NCBI RefSeq assembly: GCF_004010195.1
Contig: NC_057726.1
Coordinates: forward strand, 62,184,850-62,248,849
Direction of reading: 5' to 3'
DNA from: Chiloscyllium plagiosum
Lineage: Eukaryota
DNA length: 64,000 nucleotides
Within the stretch, counting starts at the first letter, position 1; each line of letters opens with the position of its first letter. The notes below the pieces were generated by a model. The model saw only the letters and a program-made list of their open reading frames with translations. It did not search any database and was not told the origin of the DNA. Positions 36,825 through 49,724 of this stretch are shown here, one piece after another. A program made the position numbers and the translations under genes.

Positions 36825-37415
36825 TACCTTCATTGCTCGCACCTTTGAGTATGGGTGTTGAGAGGTCATGTTGAGGTTGTATAGACGTTGGCGAGGCCTC
36901 TTCTGGAGTACTGTGTCCAGTTCTAGTCGCCCTGTTGGAGGGAGGATATCATCAAACTGGAGAGGGTTCAGAAAAGATTTACGAGGATGTTGCCAGGAAT
37001 GGAAGGTTTGAGTTACAGGAAGAGGCTGGATAGACTGGGACGCTTTTCAAAGGAATATAGGAGGTTGAGGGGTGGCATTACAGCGGCTTTTTCTAATCAT
37101 GAGGGGTAAACATACGGGAAATGGTAGGTGACCTTTCCCTATGGTGGGAGATTTCAAGACTCGGAGGCATTTTCTAGGGTGTGAGGCGAAAACTTTAAAA
37201 ATAATGTGGGGGCACACTGTTACACAGAGAAGATTTCGTGTGTGAAATGAGTTTCCAGGGAAAGTGGTGAACTGGGGTACAGTTACAACGATTAAAAGAC
37301 ATGAATCAGAAATGTTTGGAGCGATATGAGCCAAGAGCAGGCGGGTGCGGCTATTATAATTTGGGATTATGGCTTGTATAGGCTGGCTGGAATCTGTTTA
37401 TGTGCTGTATGACTT
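36825..37415 (+). mobile_element. CR1 3' fragment in pseudogene C1-TM intron
   Basis: LARPLLEYCVQF..RVQKRFTRMLPG and 3'UTR. Confidence 0.9.
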
Positions 37416-37649
37416 TTACTGTTATTGACTTGGTGTATAAAAGGAAAGAATGTTTGCGGAGAATGACTAATAGTTGGTGATTTAAAGTATTGATAAGAAA
37501 TTGCCTTCAATTTTAATGTTTGCCTTAATATATTAGAAAGGATTTCCGTGAACACTCTTCCTGAATAGTAAGAACCACAAAGTTTACGCTTGAGATCTGG
37601 ATAAACTGTACAGGAAGCTGGCTCTCCTTTTTGCACTGTTAGCTTCCTA

Positions 37650-37952
37650 CTTCAGGGATCGTATGTGAAGCAGTACCTGAAGTCTGCAGTGAGCTAGGAA
37701 AGGTGAACAGATATATCTGGTGTTACTTGGGATAAATTGCATCTCAACCAAAGAGTTGGAAACTCCATTCAGCCCATCGGGGTTCTTCGCATTAGTTATA
37801 CGTATCACTATTGCGTTCTCAATGTCATTTTTATATCAGGTGATCGTGAGTTCCGACGGATGAAATGCAGCTATTTCACACGCGAGAATCAGAGACAACA
37901 GTGGAATTCATTTCAAGTGGCCTGCAGGCAATCCACAGTGAGCTTGGGGTCG
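37650..37952 (-). pseudogene. Paralog C1 exon, disabled
   Basis: SLILACEIAAFHPSELTIT*YKN...NPDGLNGVSNSL...SNTRYIC. Core Trp is TGA (37836-37838); frameshifts present; 3' boundary approximate. Confidence 0.9.
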
Positions 37953-38918
37953 CTGAGGGGTAGAAAACAAACAAAGTTGTTACCGGATTTTGATGTGGGA
38001 AATTGAATATAATTCAGATTAATATTCAGTAGTTTTACGATTAGAACACCATTCGAAAGGGATACTTCTGTCATTTTAATATTTCTCACATCATCTGCAC
38101 CTATGAATTCAATGGACACGCCAGCATGCGATGAATTTCATGACAACTGCAATCAAATCGGAACAACGATCACTGGAGTCGATAAGTTAATTCTGTTTTC
38201 TCTACACCGACACTGCCAGACTGAGTTTCTCCAGCAACTTTTGCTTTTGCTTCAGATTTCCCTCTTTTGATGGCGCTGGGGTTAGGCGGAGCATCAAAAT
38301 GGACCAACAGTCGTCTATGCACTGGGAGAAGCACATTATTATAGATGATTTTCAATTATGATATGTTTACAACTTGTCCAGTATTTCCTCAGTCGGGCAC
38401 ATATTACACAATGTACATAATCTACATAATAAGTATGTTATGTTTGGTGGTCTAATTAATCTGATTAAACTTCATTTGTTTTCGAGTTTTGAGAAGATTT
38501 GTAGCTCAGATTGAGTTTCTGGATGTAGGTTTGCTCGCTGAGCTGTAAGGTTCGTTTTCATTTGTTTGTTGTGCTCTGAGTCCGGCTTTATTTGTCTGCC
38601 GCTACACCACGGAAGATGAAAGTACAATTTATCTGAAAATATGCTGATAGTCATGCTTTTACTGCCAAAAAAAAGCGCAACACAATAATCACAAAAGCAA
38701 AATATAGTACTGCGGTTGCTGGAAATCTGAAACTAGCTTGGATTTGGCTGGAGAAATTCAGCAGGTCTGGCGGCATCTGTGGAAATAAACAGATATGACT
38801 CTTCGTCAGTACTCAACTCTGCTTCTCTCTCCACAGATCCACCATTTAAATCACAAAAGTACGCTCATTGCCTTTGATGCATTATCAACTGTTCGTCTTC
38901 CTGGTGATTGTCACCTAC

Positions 38919-39216
38919 CATTTACGCATCAGTGTGATCCGATCCTTGTTGAATACTGTACAGTAATGAAGACCAAATTCTTGGATAGTCACTTGCAGCA
39001 AGCATAGGAGAGCACTCCTTTCACGGCTAACACCAAATTGCTTTCTGCTATTGCCGGGGATTGGGAATTAATTCTCGCCCTGTTTCCACCAATGCTCATT
39101 TATCGAGGAATCCTCCCCAGAGGTGGGAAAGAAGCAGATCAAGGCGATATTCTTCCTTCTGGATATAAATACTTCTTTAGGTTTTTGAATAACACCGAAA
39201 ACAGCGTGTTCCTCAG
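38919..39216 (-). pseudogene. Paralog V exon, disabled
   Basis: EEHAVFGVIQKPKEVFISRRKNIALICFFP...WWKQGEN*...LLQVTIQEFGLHYC...GSH*CVN. Acceptor AG->AA, TAA at 39068-39070, deletion before the G strand. Confidence 0.92.
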
Positions 39217-39370
39217 TTGCCAGAAAATAGGGTCATAGATAATTTAATAGTACTGGGCAAAGCATGCAGATCGAAGAGGGAGAAAAGATCTTATTTTGCG
39301 GAATTATATTTCGGTAAATAAATATACGATAAATTGATTTAGGTAGGGTGATGATCAAAGAGGTATTTAC

Positions 39371-39426
39371 CTGTACAAATAATATCCCTGAGAATCAAGC
39401 ATCGGAAAACCATACTCGCTTTTCAT
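39371..39426 (-). pseudogene. Paralog signal-peptide exon (MVFRCLILRDIICT from second ATG)
   Basis: Aligns to gene 1 exon 1. Donor G|GTAAAT is intact; the first ATG is out of frame by a 1-nt insertion. Confidence 0.8.
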
Positions 39427-39492
39427 TCTGAACACTAAATTTAATTGATACCTTTTAACACTAGCTGCGAGACTGCAACATTGAAAGATAAC

Positions 39493-39533
39493 TTCCGGTT
39501 AGAGTTCCATCACTTGTGAGGCTTATGACGTTT
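39493..39533 (-). promoter_or_regulatory. Paralog promoter ETS plus CRE motifs
   Basis: ttccggtt 39493-39500 and atgacgttt 39525-39533. The ETS motif starts 67 nt from the first ATG in both genes. Confidence 0.55.
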
Positions 39534-40489
39534 GTCTTCCTGTAACTGCGGCTTCTGCAAATAGGTTTCATTTGTTAGGCCCAATCTTTGCATTGACACT
39601 GAAAGACATGCGTTGTTGGCAGAACGGGAAAGATGCGACCTTTTCAAATGTCAATTTTCCCAACACTTTTAAGAGTTCTGTAACTAACTATGGTGCGTCA
39701 CATTAGTGCAACCAATTGGACGTTTTGTTGATCGTGTCAAACGATGCAGAGAAATTCAGAACGCGAAGCAATTAAATTCCGCTCTTAATTCTTTAAGATA
39801 AACTAAGATAAAGTAGAAGACTATACATGCGACAGACGTCAGGTGAATAACTGAACTAAGAACCAGGTCGATATAGATTCGAATGGGAACTGAAAAGGCA
39901 GATTAGAGAAGCTGAAAGAAAGATTATGAATGGTGAAAAAGCACACCAAAAAGCTTTTCCTGGCATTCACTGACTAAAGAGCTGCTAAGAAATGGATTGT
40001 GGCCGATCAGGGTCCAAAAAATTGATTTAACAACGGTTGGTATGGCTGAACTACTGAATGCCAATTTGTAAATGTCTCCTTGAAGAGAGTGTTGCCCTGC
40101 TCATGGCGAAATGGTGGATATTTCGTGCGTTGAAGGTGTTTAAAATTGATATCAACGAAGCACTTAAAAGACTTTTTATGTTACGTTGATAAGGAATCGG
40201 GACTAGATGAGATGCAAGCAATGTTACCAGGCCAAAAAGAGTGGCAATTTTGGACTCACTGGCTGTTGTGAGATAACTAAGGTGACTCGATACAAATTAA
40301 TTGTAAACTAATGTAGGGAATTGATAGAATGGAAAAATGCCTCAGAAAGCTTCAAGAGACAGCTCAAAAATTTGACTGATCTTCAGATATACATACCAGT
40401 TCTTGCAGAATCAAAAATCTACGTTTTCTGTTCCTTATACTCTTCTGAAGAAAAGTAAACAAAACTTGGCTTTTGCTTCTTCATTATGG

Positions 40490-40805
40490 GTGACACAGTG
40501 GTTAGCACTGTTGCCTCACTGCGCCAGAGACCCGGGTTCAATTCCCGCCTCAGGCAACTGTCTGTGTGGAGTTTGCACGTCCTCCCCGTGTCTGCATGGG
40601 TTTCCTCTGGGTGCTCCGGTTTCCTCCCACAGTCCAAAAATGTGCAGGGTAGGTGAATTGGCCATGCTAAATTGCTTGGAGTGTTAGGTGAAGAGATAAA
40701 TGTAGGGGAATGGGTCTGAGTGACTTCCTCTTCGGAGGGTCGTTGTGGACTTGAAGGGCCGAAGGGCCTGTTTCCATACTGTAAGTAATCTAAAAATAAA
40801 AAAAA
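40490..40805 (+). mobile_element. HE1 SINE, near full length
   Basis: A-box cagtggttagc, B-box ggttcaattcc, core, gggccgaagggcctgtttcc 3' end. Confidence 0.92.
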
Positions 40806-42279
40806 AATCCTCTTCCACATCAAAATATCTGGTCCCTTGCCTTCTCTGACAGAATTCATTTCCCATCTTCTTCATTTGTCCTGTTCGATTGCAAGACCAC
40901 GATGTGATATTGCATTTAACCTGTTATCTGTTATTATCAGGAAAACTATTCCCTCCTCAGATGGCATACACCCTAAAACGTTATTGGTCCTAAAACGTTT
41001 TGCAACACCAGCAAGACTAAGTAAAGTTTAAATACCACGTATCCATATATTCAAGCATTAACCTATTCAGTTTTCTCCCATTATTCCAACAGTACAATGT
41101 GCTTCCACTGCCGCCATAAAGTTATACACAGAAACATCCCGCCCCAACTGGATGGTCAGTGCTAAGTCTGGCTTCTCTCAACGAACAGTGTGACGGACTT
41201 CATACTCTCCTTTTTTTCCTAAATTGGAGGTGTGGGCACCCTAGCTAGACAGTAGATTCGCATATCAGGATTGCTTTCTGAACCTAAGTAGCTGTGGCCA
41301 GCACATCAACTTCCATAGTACCTCTCCTGCAGTGCAGGCAATAATCTACCGATAAGAAAACGGTAATGAGTAGTTGAACTAGATTGGAAACAATTTTAAT
41401 CCATGGGTGAACATTCAACAAAACACTCCATTCCCAAATAGCCGCCATCATGTCACATTCACTCCTTCATTTAAGTCTGTCTCCAGACACTTGGTCAACT
41501 GTTGGACGGGAAGTCGCTGCTTCATTTTCACCTGGGACGCGCTTGATCGTACTCAGTAAATGGTTTAACAGTTCAAGGATTCGCTTCCCCTCGGGAAACA
41601 GATTTCTCAGAGTACAGTTTTTGTTTAAGATTGTCTGTTACAATCAGCTCCTGGGCAGAGTCAATATTTTCTATGCAGCTTATTAAGAATGCTTTTTAAC
41701 ACCACTCGAGCAGGGAGGACTTGAAGCCAAAGAACTACTGAAGGCCTTTTTAGTTTTGAACATGCACACCAGCTGCTCTCCTGGGATTTGAACCAAGTCG
41801 CCAGACCCTCAACATTGCTACTTCAGTCACATTACCATTACACCACCCTCTTCCCAGCTACGCACCCTGACAATTGGGAACAATTTTCTGTTACTTTTGC
41901 CATTTTAATTAAAATGCTCAGAGATGTTATAACACACTTATAGAGCACGTGGAACATGAACCCTTCCCCATTCTCCACACAGAAGTAGGAACACTACCAC
42001 TGCACCACATATTATGAAATTTCCAATGACTGCTTTGCCTTGAGATTGAATCAGAAGTTTGAGTTAATAATTGGAAAGTGATGATAAGCATACTGACCCC
42101 ACCAAGGCTCATCTGAGCCACGTAATTGTTTTCTTTACCATGATATGCCACCTACGTGGTTGGTTTGAGATAAAGTTAATCAATGGAGTCCCAGCCAGCG
42201 ATACTGAGCTCCCACGAATGGATAAAAACAAAAGTCTCCATTGAAGATCAGCTGTAGTAAAAAGTAAAAGAAGTCAATG

Positions 42280-42830
42280 TCATAGTCATACAATTGTATA
42301 GCACAGAAACAGACCCTTTGGTCCAACTTGTCTACGCTGGCTGATTAGCCTAAACTAATCTAGTCCTAAATGCCAGCATTTGGCCCATGTCCCTCTAAAC
42401 TCGTCTTATTCCTGTACCCATCCAGGTCCATTTGACGTGTTGTAATTATACCAGCCTCCACTACTTCCTCTGGCAGCTTGTTCCATATGCACACCATCCT
42501 CTGTGTTAAAGCATTGCCCCTTAGTCCCCTTTTAAACCTTGCCCCTTTCACCCCGAGGCCTCTAGTTTTGGCCTTCCTTCACCTGGGCATTCATCCTATC
42601 GTAGGCCCTCATGATTTTAGAAATCTCTATAAGGTCAGCCCTCAGCCTCCGACGGTCCAGGGGAAAAAGCTGCTGCCTATTCAACCTCTGCCTTTAGCTC
42701 AATCCCTCCAATCCTTGCAACATGCTTATGAATCCTGTCTGCACTCTTTAATAACATCTCTCCTATAGCAGAGGGATCAGAATTGAATGCAGTATTCTAT
42801 ATGTGGAATAACCAGTGTCCGTTATAGCAA
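42280..42830 (-). mobile_element. CR1 3' fragment
   Basis: TQRMVCIWNKLPEEVVEAG and 3'UTR on the minus strand. Confidence 0.88.
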
Positions 42831-42949
42831 TATGCTCCCTCGTCAAAGACTGAATACTATTGGTGAGTTTCATTTGAAGGTTATCAGGCTCAAGCGGACG
42901 ACACTAAAAGTGTACCACGTCAGAACGTTCAGTCTGCCATGAAAAGTAG

Positions 42950-43620
42950 AAATTCATGAGCAGATGAGGCAGCAAAGTGGGCAGCAGGATTTGTATTACC
43001 AGGAAAGGTAGCAACATACGCTAAATGTCGAAAGGAGAACAATAGGCAGAAAATACATAAGGAGACGCCCAGAGTCAAACTGGAGCAATAGGAGAAAACA
43101 GAAGATGGGAAAAGTTAAATACAGGGACTGCTTCCAACAGGACACCTTTGGTCCACTCCTACTCCACTCCAAATGCTCCCCACTCCCGCATGGCACCTTC
43201 CCTTGCAGTCACAGAACGTATAACACCTGCCTATTTACATCTTCCCTCCTCACTTTCCAAGTCACCAGAGTCACCTTCCATGAGAGGCAGTGACTTACCT
43301 GCAGTGCACTCACTTTAGTCTAATAAATTCACTGCTCACAATGTGGTCTCATCTAGGTTGGGGAGACAAAATATAGACTGGGCAGCTGCTCTGTATAACA
43401 CCTATGTTGTGTCTGTTAACAATTTCCTAAGCTGGTGGCAATTCAACACTTGGCCATATTCCCTGGGCAATATCTATGCCTTGAGCTTTTTGCAGTGCTC
43501 CACTGAGACTCGGCAGAAGCTGGAAGAACTACTGGGGACTCAATATCGAGTTCAATAATTTTCATGAGTTACTTCCGTGTCCTTTACCGATTCCCAGACT
43601 CCAAGCCATTTCATGACATG
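42950..43620 (+). mobile_element. Penelope-like GIY-YIG fragment
   Basis: GTFPCSHRTYNTC...FTCxxxxLVY.I.C..CG..Y.GET-like...RQKLEE. Confidence 0.7.
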
Positions 43621-43849
43621 CTTGATTTCAGCACAACCAATCTATTTTCTTTTTTGTTAATTGAACAAATGTTTCGAATCAACCTGTTCCTAGGTGCCAT
43701 TGCACACTTCTGGAGGTGGTCTTGAATCTGGGTCTCCAGGTTCAGGGGTTGAGACATTATCATTTTTCCACAAGGGGACACCCTAGCAAACCTATTTTCA
43801 CCTATTTAAGTTCCTCATTATCAGCTTTCTCCTTTCCTGGCACACCATT

Positions 43850-46800
43850 GGGACCAGTTGTGGGGGAGGTGGGACTATTGGAAATTGGACGGTCTGTATC
43901 TCGGCTGGACTAGAACCAACGTTCTTGGGGGTGTTTTTGCTCATGCTGTTGGGGGGAGTATAAACTAATGTAGCAAGGGGATGAGAACCAAATGCGGAGG
44001 TTAGTGGAAAATAAGGAGGTATTTACTAAAGCCAGGAAGGATCTAGATAATGAAGTCAGTGCGATTAAGGATAAGAGTAGACAGGGAGCAGATGATGAAT
44101 GCAAAGGGAATGGTAGTCCGAGATGCATTTGTTTTAGTGCGAGAAGTGTAGTGGGTAAGGCAGATGATCCAAGGTTTGGATTCGTACCTGGGAGTATGAT
44201 ATGATTGATATTACTGAGACTTGGTTGAGGGAAGGACATGAATGGCAACTAAATATCACAGGATATCAATGCTTCAGGAGGGATACAGAGGGAGTTAAAA
44301 AGGGTGCAAGAATTGCATTACTGGTCAGAGAGGATGTCACAGGTATGCTGAAGGAGGGCACTGTGGAGGACTCGAGCAGTGAGGCAATATGGACAGAGTT
44401 CAGAAATAGGAAGAGTGCAGTAACAACTTTGGGGTTTTACTGCAGGCCTCCCAACAGTGAGTGTGAGATGGAGGTACAAATATGTAAACAGATGATCGAA
44501 AGATGTAGGAGCGACAGGGTGGAGGTGATAGGAAATTTTAATTCTACCAACATTGACTGTGATCTACTTCGTGTTGGAGGTATTGATTGAGCAGAATTTG
44601 TAAGGAGCATCCAACTTAATAGAGTTCTTCGAGGAGCTGACCAAGTTGTTAGATGAAGGAAGGGCTGTTGATGTCATGTACATAGAGTTTAGTAAGGCAT
44701 TTGATAAGGTTCCCCATTGTAGACCAATGGAAAAAGCGAAGTCACATGGTGTGCAGGATGTTCTAGCTAGGTGGATAAAGAACTGGTTGAGCAACAGGAA
44801 ACAGAGAGTAGTAGTTGAAAGGAGTTTCTCAAAATGGAGAAAGGTGACCAGTGGTGTTCCACAGAGGTCAGTATTGGGGCCACTCTTGTTTATAATATAG
44901 ATAAATGATCTAGAAGAGGGCACTGTTGGCATGATCAGCAGTTTGCAGTTGACACAAAGATTGGTGGAGTAGCAGAAAGCATAAGGGACAGTCCGAGAAT
45001 ACAGGAGCATATAAATAGACTGGAGAATTGGGCGGAAAAGTGGCAGATGGCTTTCAATCCAGACAAATGTGAGGCAAGTCTAATTCTAGAGCGAATTATA
45101 CAATGAATGGAAGAGCCTTGGGAAAAGTGTTGGGCAAAGAGATCTGAGAGTGCAGGTCCATTGTACACTGAAGGTGGCTGCATAGGTGGATAGACTGGTC
45201 AAGAAGGTATGTAGATTGCTTGCCTTCATTGCACGGAGTATTGAGTATAAGAGCTGGCAAGCCATGTCAAAATTGTACAAGACATTGGTTCGGCCACATT
45301 TAGAATACAGTGTACAGTTTTGGTCGCCACATTACCAAAAGGAGGTGGACACTTTGGAGAGTGTGCAGAGAAGTTTTACGAGACTGTTGCCTGGTATGGA
45401 TGATGCTAGCTATGAAGAGAGGTTGAGTAGGTTACGTTTATTTTCCTTAGGAAAATGGAGATTGAGGGGAGACCTGATTGAGATTTCCAAAATCATGATG
45501 GGTATAGACAGGGTGGTTAGAGACAATCTTTTACCCAGAGTGAAGGATTCAATAGCGAGAGGTCATGCTTTCAAGGTGACAGGTGGAAAGTTTAAGGGGG
45601 ATACACGTGGCGAGTACTTCACACAGAGGGTAATGGGCGTTTGAAACGCGTTGCCAGCAGAGGTGGTAGAGGCAGGCACGGTAGATTCATTTAAGATGCG
45701 TCTGAATAGATGCATGAGTAGGTGGGGAGCAAAGGGATACAAATGCTTAGGAATTGACCATCAGGTTTAGACAGTACATTTGGATTGGCTCAGGCTTGGA
45801 GGGCCGAAGGGCCCATTACTGGGCGGTACATTTTCTTTGTTCTTTGTTCTTTGTTCATCCAGGTGGGTTTTCTAAAGCAGTATGTAAAGAATCCAACTCG
45901 GGAAGGGGCACACTAGACCTGGTGTTCGGGAATGAGCCTGGCCAGGTAGTTGAAGTTTCAGTAGGGATTACTTTGGGAACAGTGATCGCAATTCCGTAAG
46001 TTTTAGAATACTCATGGACAAAGATGAGAATGGTCCCAAAGGAAGAGTGCTAAATTGGGGTAAGGCCAACTATACCAAAATTTTGCAGAAGCTGGGGAAT
46101 GTGGATCGGAATCAGCTGTTTGAAGGCAAATCCACATTTGGCATGTGGCAGACTTGTTTAGAGGACAGGAGATACATGTTCCCTTGAAAATGAGGGATAG
46201 AAATGGCAAGATTAGGGAACCATGGATGATAGGTGAAGTTATGAGACTAGCTAAGACAAAACAGGAAGCATACATAGACGACTAAAGACGGACAAAGCTT
46301 TGGAAGAATATTGGGAATATAGGACCAATCTGAAATGAGGGATTAAAAGGGCTAAATGGTGGCATGAGATATATTTACCAAATTGGGTTAAGGAAAATCC
46401 CAAAGCCTTTTATTCATATATAAGGAGCAAGAGGGTAACTAGAGAAAGGGTTGGTCCTCTCAAAAACAAAGGAGAAAAGTTATGTGTGGAGTCAGGGAAA
46501 ATGGGTGAGATTCTTAATGAGTAATTTGCATCAGCATCCACTGAGGAGAGGAACATGACAGATGTTGAGATTAGGCATAGATGTTTGATTACGTTAGCAT
46601 AAGGAGGGAAGAAATGTTGGGTAAAATGCATGAAGGTGGACAAGTCCCCAGGTCTGGATGGGATGTATCTCAGGTTCTGGAGGGAAGTGAAATGGAAATA
46701 GCTGGGCCTTAACAGATATTTTTGCAACATCCTTGAACATGGGTGAGGTCTTGGACGATTGGAGAATTGCTAATGTTGTCCTCTTGTGTAAGAAGTGTAA

Positions 46801-48066
46801 CAAGGATAATCCAGATAATTATAGACTGGTGAGCCTGACATTAGTGATAGGAATGCTGCTGGAGAAGATACTAAGGGATAGGATCTATTATCATTTGGAA
46901 GAAAATGGGCTTATCAGTGGTAGGCTTGGAAAATCATGTCTTACCTACTTTATTGAATGCTTTGACGAAATAACAAAGTTGATTGATGAAGGAAGGGCTG
47001 TAGATTTTACATACATGGACTCCAGTAAGGCATTTGATAAGGTTCCCCATGGTAGGCTGATGGAGAAGGTGAAATCACATGGGGTCCGTGGTGTACTAGC
47101 TAAATGGATGAAGAACTGGCTGGGAAACAGGAGACAGAGAGTAGTAGTGGAGGGGATTTTCTCAAAATAGAGAACTGTGACCAGTGTGTTCCATAGGGAT
47201 TCATGCTGGGACACTGTTGTTTGTGATAAACACAAAATGATCTGGAGGATCAGTGTTCTGATTAGCAAGTTTGCAGATAACACTCAGATTGGAGGAGTAG
47301 CAGATAGTTAAAAGCATTGCCTGAGAATGCAGCAGAGTATATAAATTGGAGAGTTGGGTGGAGAAATGGCAGTTGGAGTTCAGGCCCTCTGTACCCTGCA
47401 AGTAGCAACGCAGTTCAATAGAGTGGTCAAGAAGGCATACAGTATGCTTTCCTTCATTGGACGGGGTATTGAGTACAACAGTTAGCAGAGCATATTGCAA
47501 TTGTATAAGACATTAGTTTGGCCACATTTGGAATACTGCGTACAGTTCTGGTCGCCACATTACCAAAAGGATATGGATGCTTTGAAGAGGATGCACCTGA
47601 GGTTCACTGTGATGTTGCCTGGTATTGAGAACACTAGCTATGAAGAGTGGTTGAGTAGATAGTATTATTTTTATTAGAAAGACGGAGGTCGAGTGGACCT
47701 GATTGAGGTCTACAAAATCATGAGATGTATAGACAGAGTGGATAGCAAGAAGCTTTTTCCCAGAGTGGTGGACTCAAATACTAGGGGTCATAAGTTCAAA
47801 ATGCGAGGGGAAATATTTAGGGAGATATGCATGGAAAGTACTTTATGTAGAGGGTAATGAATGCCTGGAACACGTTGCCAGCAGAAATGGTAGGGGCAGG
47901 CATAGTACCATCATTTAAAATGTGTCTAGATAAATCAATGGACAGGGAGCAGGGGGATACAGATCCTTAGAAAATAGGTGACAGGTTTAGTCTGAGGATC
48001 TGGATCAGGCTTGGAAGGCTGACGGGCCTGTTCCGGTGCTGTAATTTTCTTTGTTGTTTGTTCTTT
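43850..48066 (+). mobile_element. CR1 LINE (ORF1 end, endonuclease, RT, TCTTTGT tail), decayed
   Basis: DITETWL, YCRPPNS, DWRIANV, NYRLVSLT, KAFDKVPH, KFAD. Confidence 0.93.
44614..45855 (+). mobile_element. Nested CR1 of the same subfamily with 6-bp TSD
   Basis: CATCCA at 44608-44613 and 45856-45861; the host endonuclease sequence resumes after it. Confidence 0.9.
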
Positions 48067-48119
48067 GTCTCTTTGCATGTTTAACTGTCATACAGCTCCC
48101 ATTGGCATCCACCTGGGAG

Positions 48120-48290
48120 AAAGTGAGAAATGCAGGTACTGGAGATCAGTGTCAGAAAGTCTGATGCTGGAAAAGCACAGCCGGTCAGGAAGCATAGGAA
48201 TCATTCCTGATGAAGAGCTTATGCTCGAAACGTCGATTCTCTTGACCAGCTGCACTTTTCCAGCACCACACTTCTTTAACTCTGGGATCC
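48120..48290 (+). mobile_element. Short hairpin-shaped non-autonomous Penelope derivative
   Basis: Inverted arms tgctggaaaagcacagccggtca / tgaccagctgcacttttccagca around a hammerhead-like core. Confidence 0.7.
48207..48234 (+). ncRNA. Minimal hammerhead-ribozyme-like motif
   Basis: CTGATGA-A-GAGC-TTAT-GCTC-GAAA-C-GTC. Confidence 0.6.
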
Positions 48291-48769
48291 ATCTGTCGAA
48301 GACCACGCCTTAACTTCGGCAATATGTTCTACCTTTCCCAGTTTTGTGAATTCTGAAGAAGGATCAGTGGATCCGAAACATTAGCTCTGCTTTCTTTGCA
48401 AGGATGCTGCCAGACCTGCTGAGTTTCTTCAGCTTTTCCGCGTTTGTTCGGGCAGTTTCTTTCTTTGTTCTGTCATTGACGTTCGTCATAATCATTAACC
48501 CGTCGCTTAACCAATTTGTTCGCTCCTGTTTGTGGTATTTGTTAGATTTATTTTCTTGGAAACGAGTGGCCGGAACTCTTATACATGTTTGAATTGGAAA
48601 GCCCGGCATTTTCTACAGGCTGGTAACAGCTGACATCTGTTTCTCGACTTCAATTTAGGTTACAGCGGCCTCTTCTGGTCAATTTGAATTCCTGACGTTT
48701 GCAAATTCTACTCCAATCTTCTGCAGCCTCTCAGAATTATCAGACTGGGTATCCAAGTGGTTCAAAGAG

Positions 48770-48955
48770 AGATAGAGTCACAGAGATGTACAGCACGGAA
48801 ACAAGCCCTTTCGTCCAACTCGTCTATGCTGACCAGTCATCCTAAATTAATCTAGTCCTATTTGCCAGCCCTACGTATTCATATACCCATCCAGATGCCT
48901 TTTAAATATTGGAATTGTACCAGCTCCCACCATTTCCTCTGGCAGTTCATGCCAT
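48770..48955 (-). mobile_element. CR1 3' end fragment
   Basis: Reverse complement of the 3'UTR and tail seen at 1140-1340. Confidence 0.8.
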
Positions 48956-49724
48956 CGAAATGATTTAATGTGGAGGTATCATTTTCTGAATAGTACAGGT
49001 GTAATTTTGAACAGAATGGATATGAATAAAAAACAGAAAGCATAATTAAATTATCGATGGAAGTTTTTAACGTAATCAATGTAATGATTGTTGCAATAGT
49101 ACAGAGTATGCTAATATGCGAGGAAATGTGATAAATGAAGGCCGAGCATTGCTGAATCACGAAGAATTAGAATTTCAATGATCTGTCGACAGCACGGGTA
49201 AATACATATTTGCATATAAGCTAGTTCTAGAAAACAGGTTCACCAGCTTTGTATCGATTCTATAAATACTACTCAACTACATAGATGTACAACAAAACTG
49301 GCCCTCGCACCTTCGGTTTTTAGTTGTTTGACAGTGACGCTCCAGATATGGTAGAGTAATTTTATTCGTTAGTAGCGCCAAACAGATAACGGCAAATTCC
49401 AGCCAGTGTCATACCGCGTCTGAAACGTCTTCAGGAAAAGGTAAATCCAGAATCAAGTGTTAAGCACATTTCGAAATTCTGTTTCAATCACCCAACACTC
49501 TGGGGAAATAGTTTTAAAAAATAGTCAAATTGTTTTGTCGTGATTATGATAAAGTCTCCCTGGGAATAATATTTCTTCCTACTTCAATCTGTATTTCTGA
49601 GGTTAGCAAAAGCTGCTGAGGTGCTTTTTCCTTGTTTTTGCAGTATATTTGAGTCTTAGTATCAGTGAATGATTGAAATAGTAATTCGGGTTCAGTAATA
49701 TTGTTATTAGACATATGTCTGGAA

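Larger units (their letters stand above)
33960..39426 (-). pseudogene. Pseudogene paralog of the V-C1-ITIM receptor (all seven exons recognisable)
   Basis: Hand translation: SP 39371-39426, V 38919-39216, C1 ~37650-37952, TM 36202-36314, cyt1 ~34859-34900, cyt2 34270-34370, last exon from 34087. Carries stops, frameshifts and dead splice sites. Confidence 0.9.

Noticed and set aside
37840-37937. Apparent plus-strand exon within ORF 37737..38006
   Set aside because: It is the antisense strand of the pseudogene C1 exon.
40490-40560. tRNA-like A/B boxes
   Set aside because: These are heads of HE1 SINEs, not tRNA genes.
48662-48680. CTCF-like motif (CCAGAAGAGGCCGC, minus strand)
   Set aside because: Mismatches in the core; cannot be supported without a PWM scan or ChIP data.
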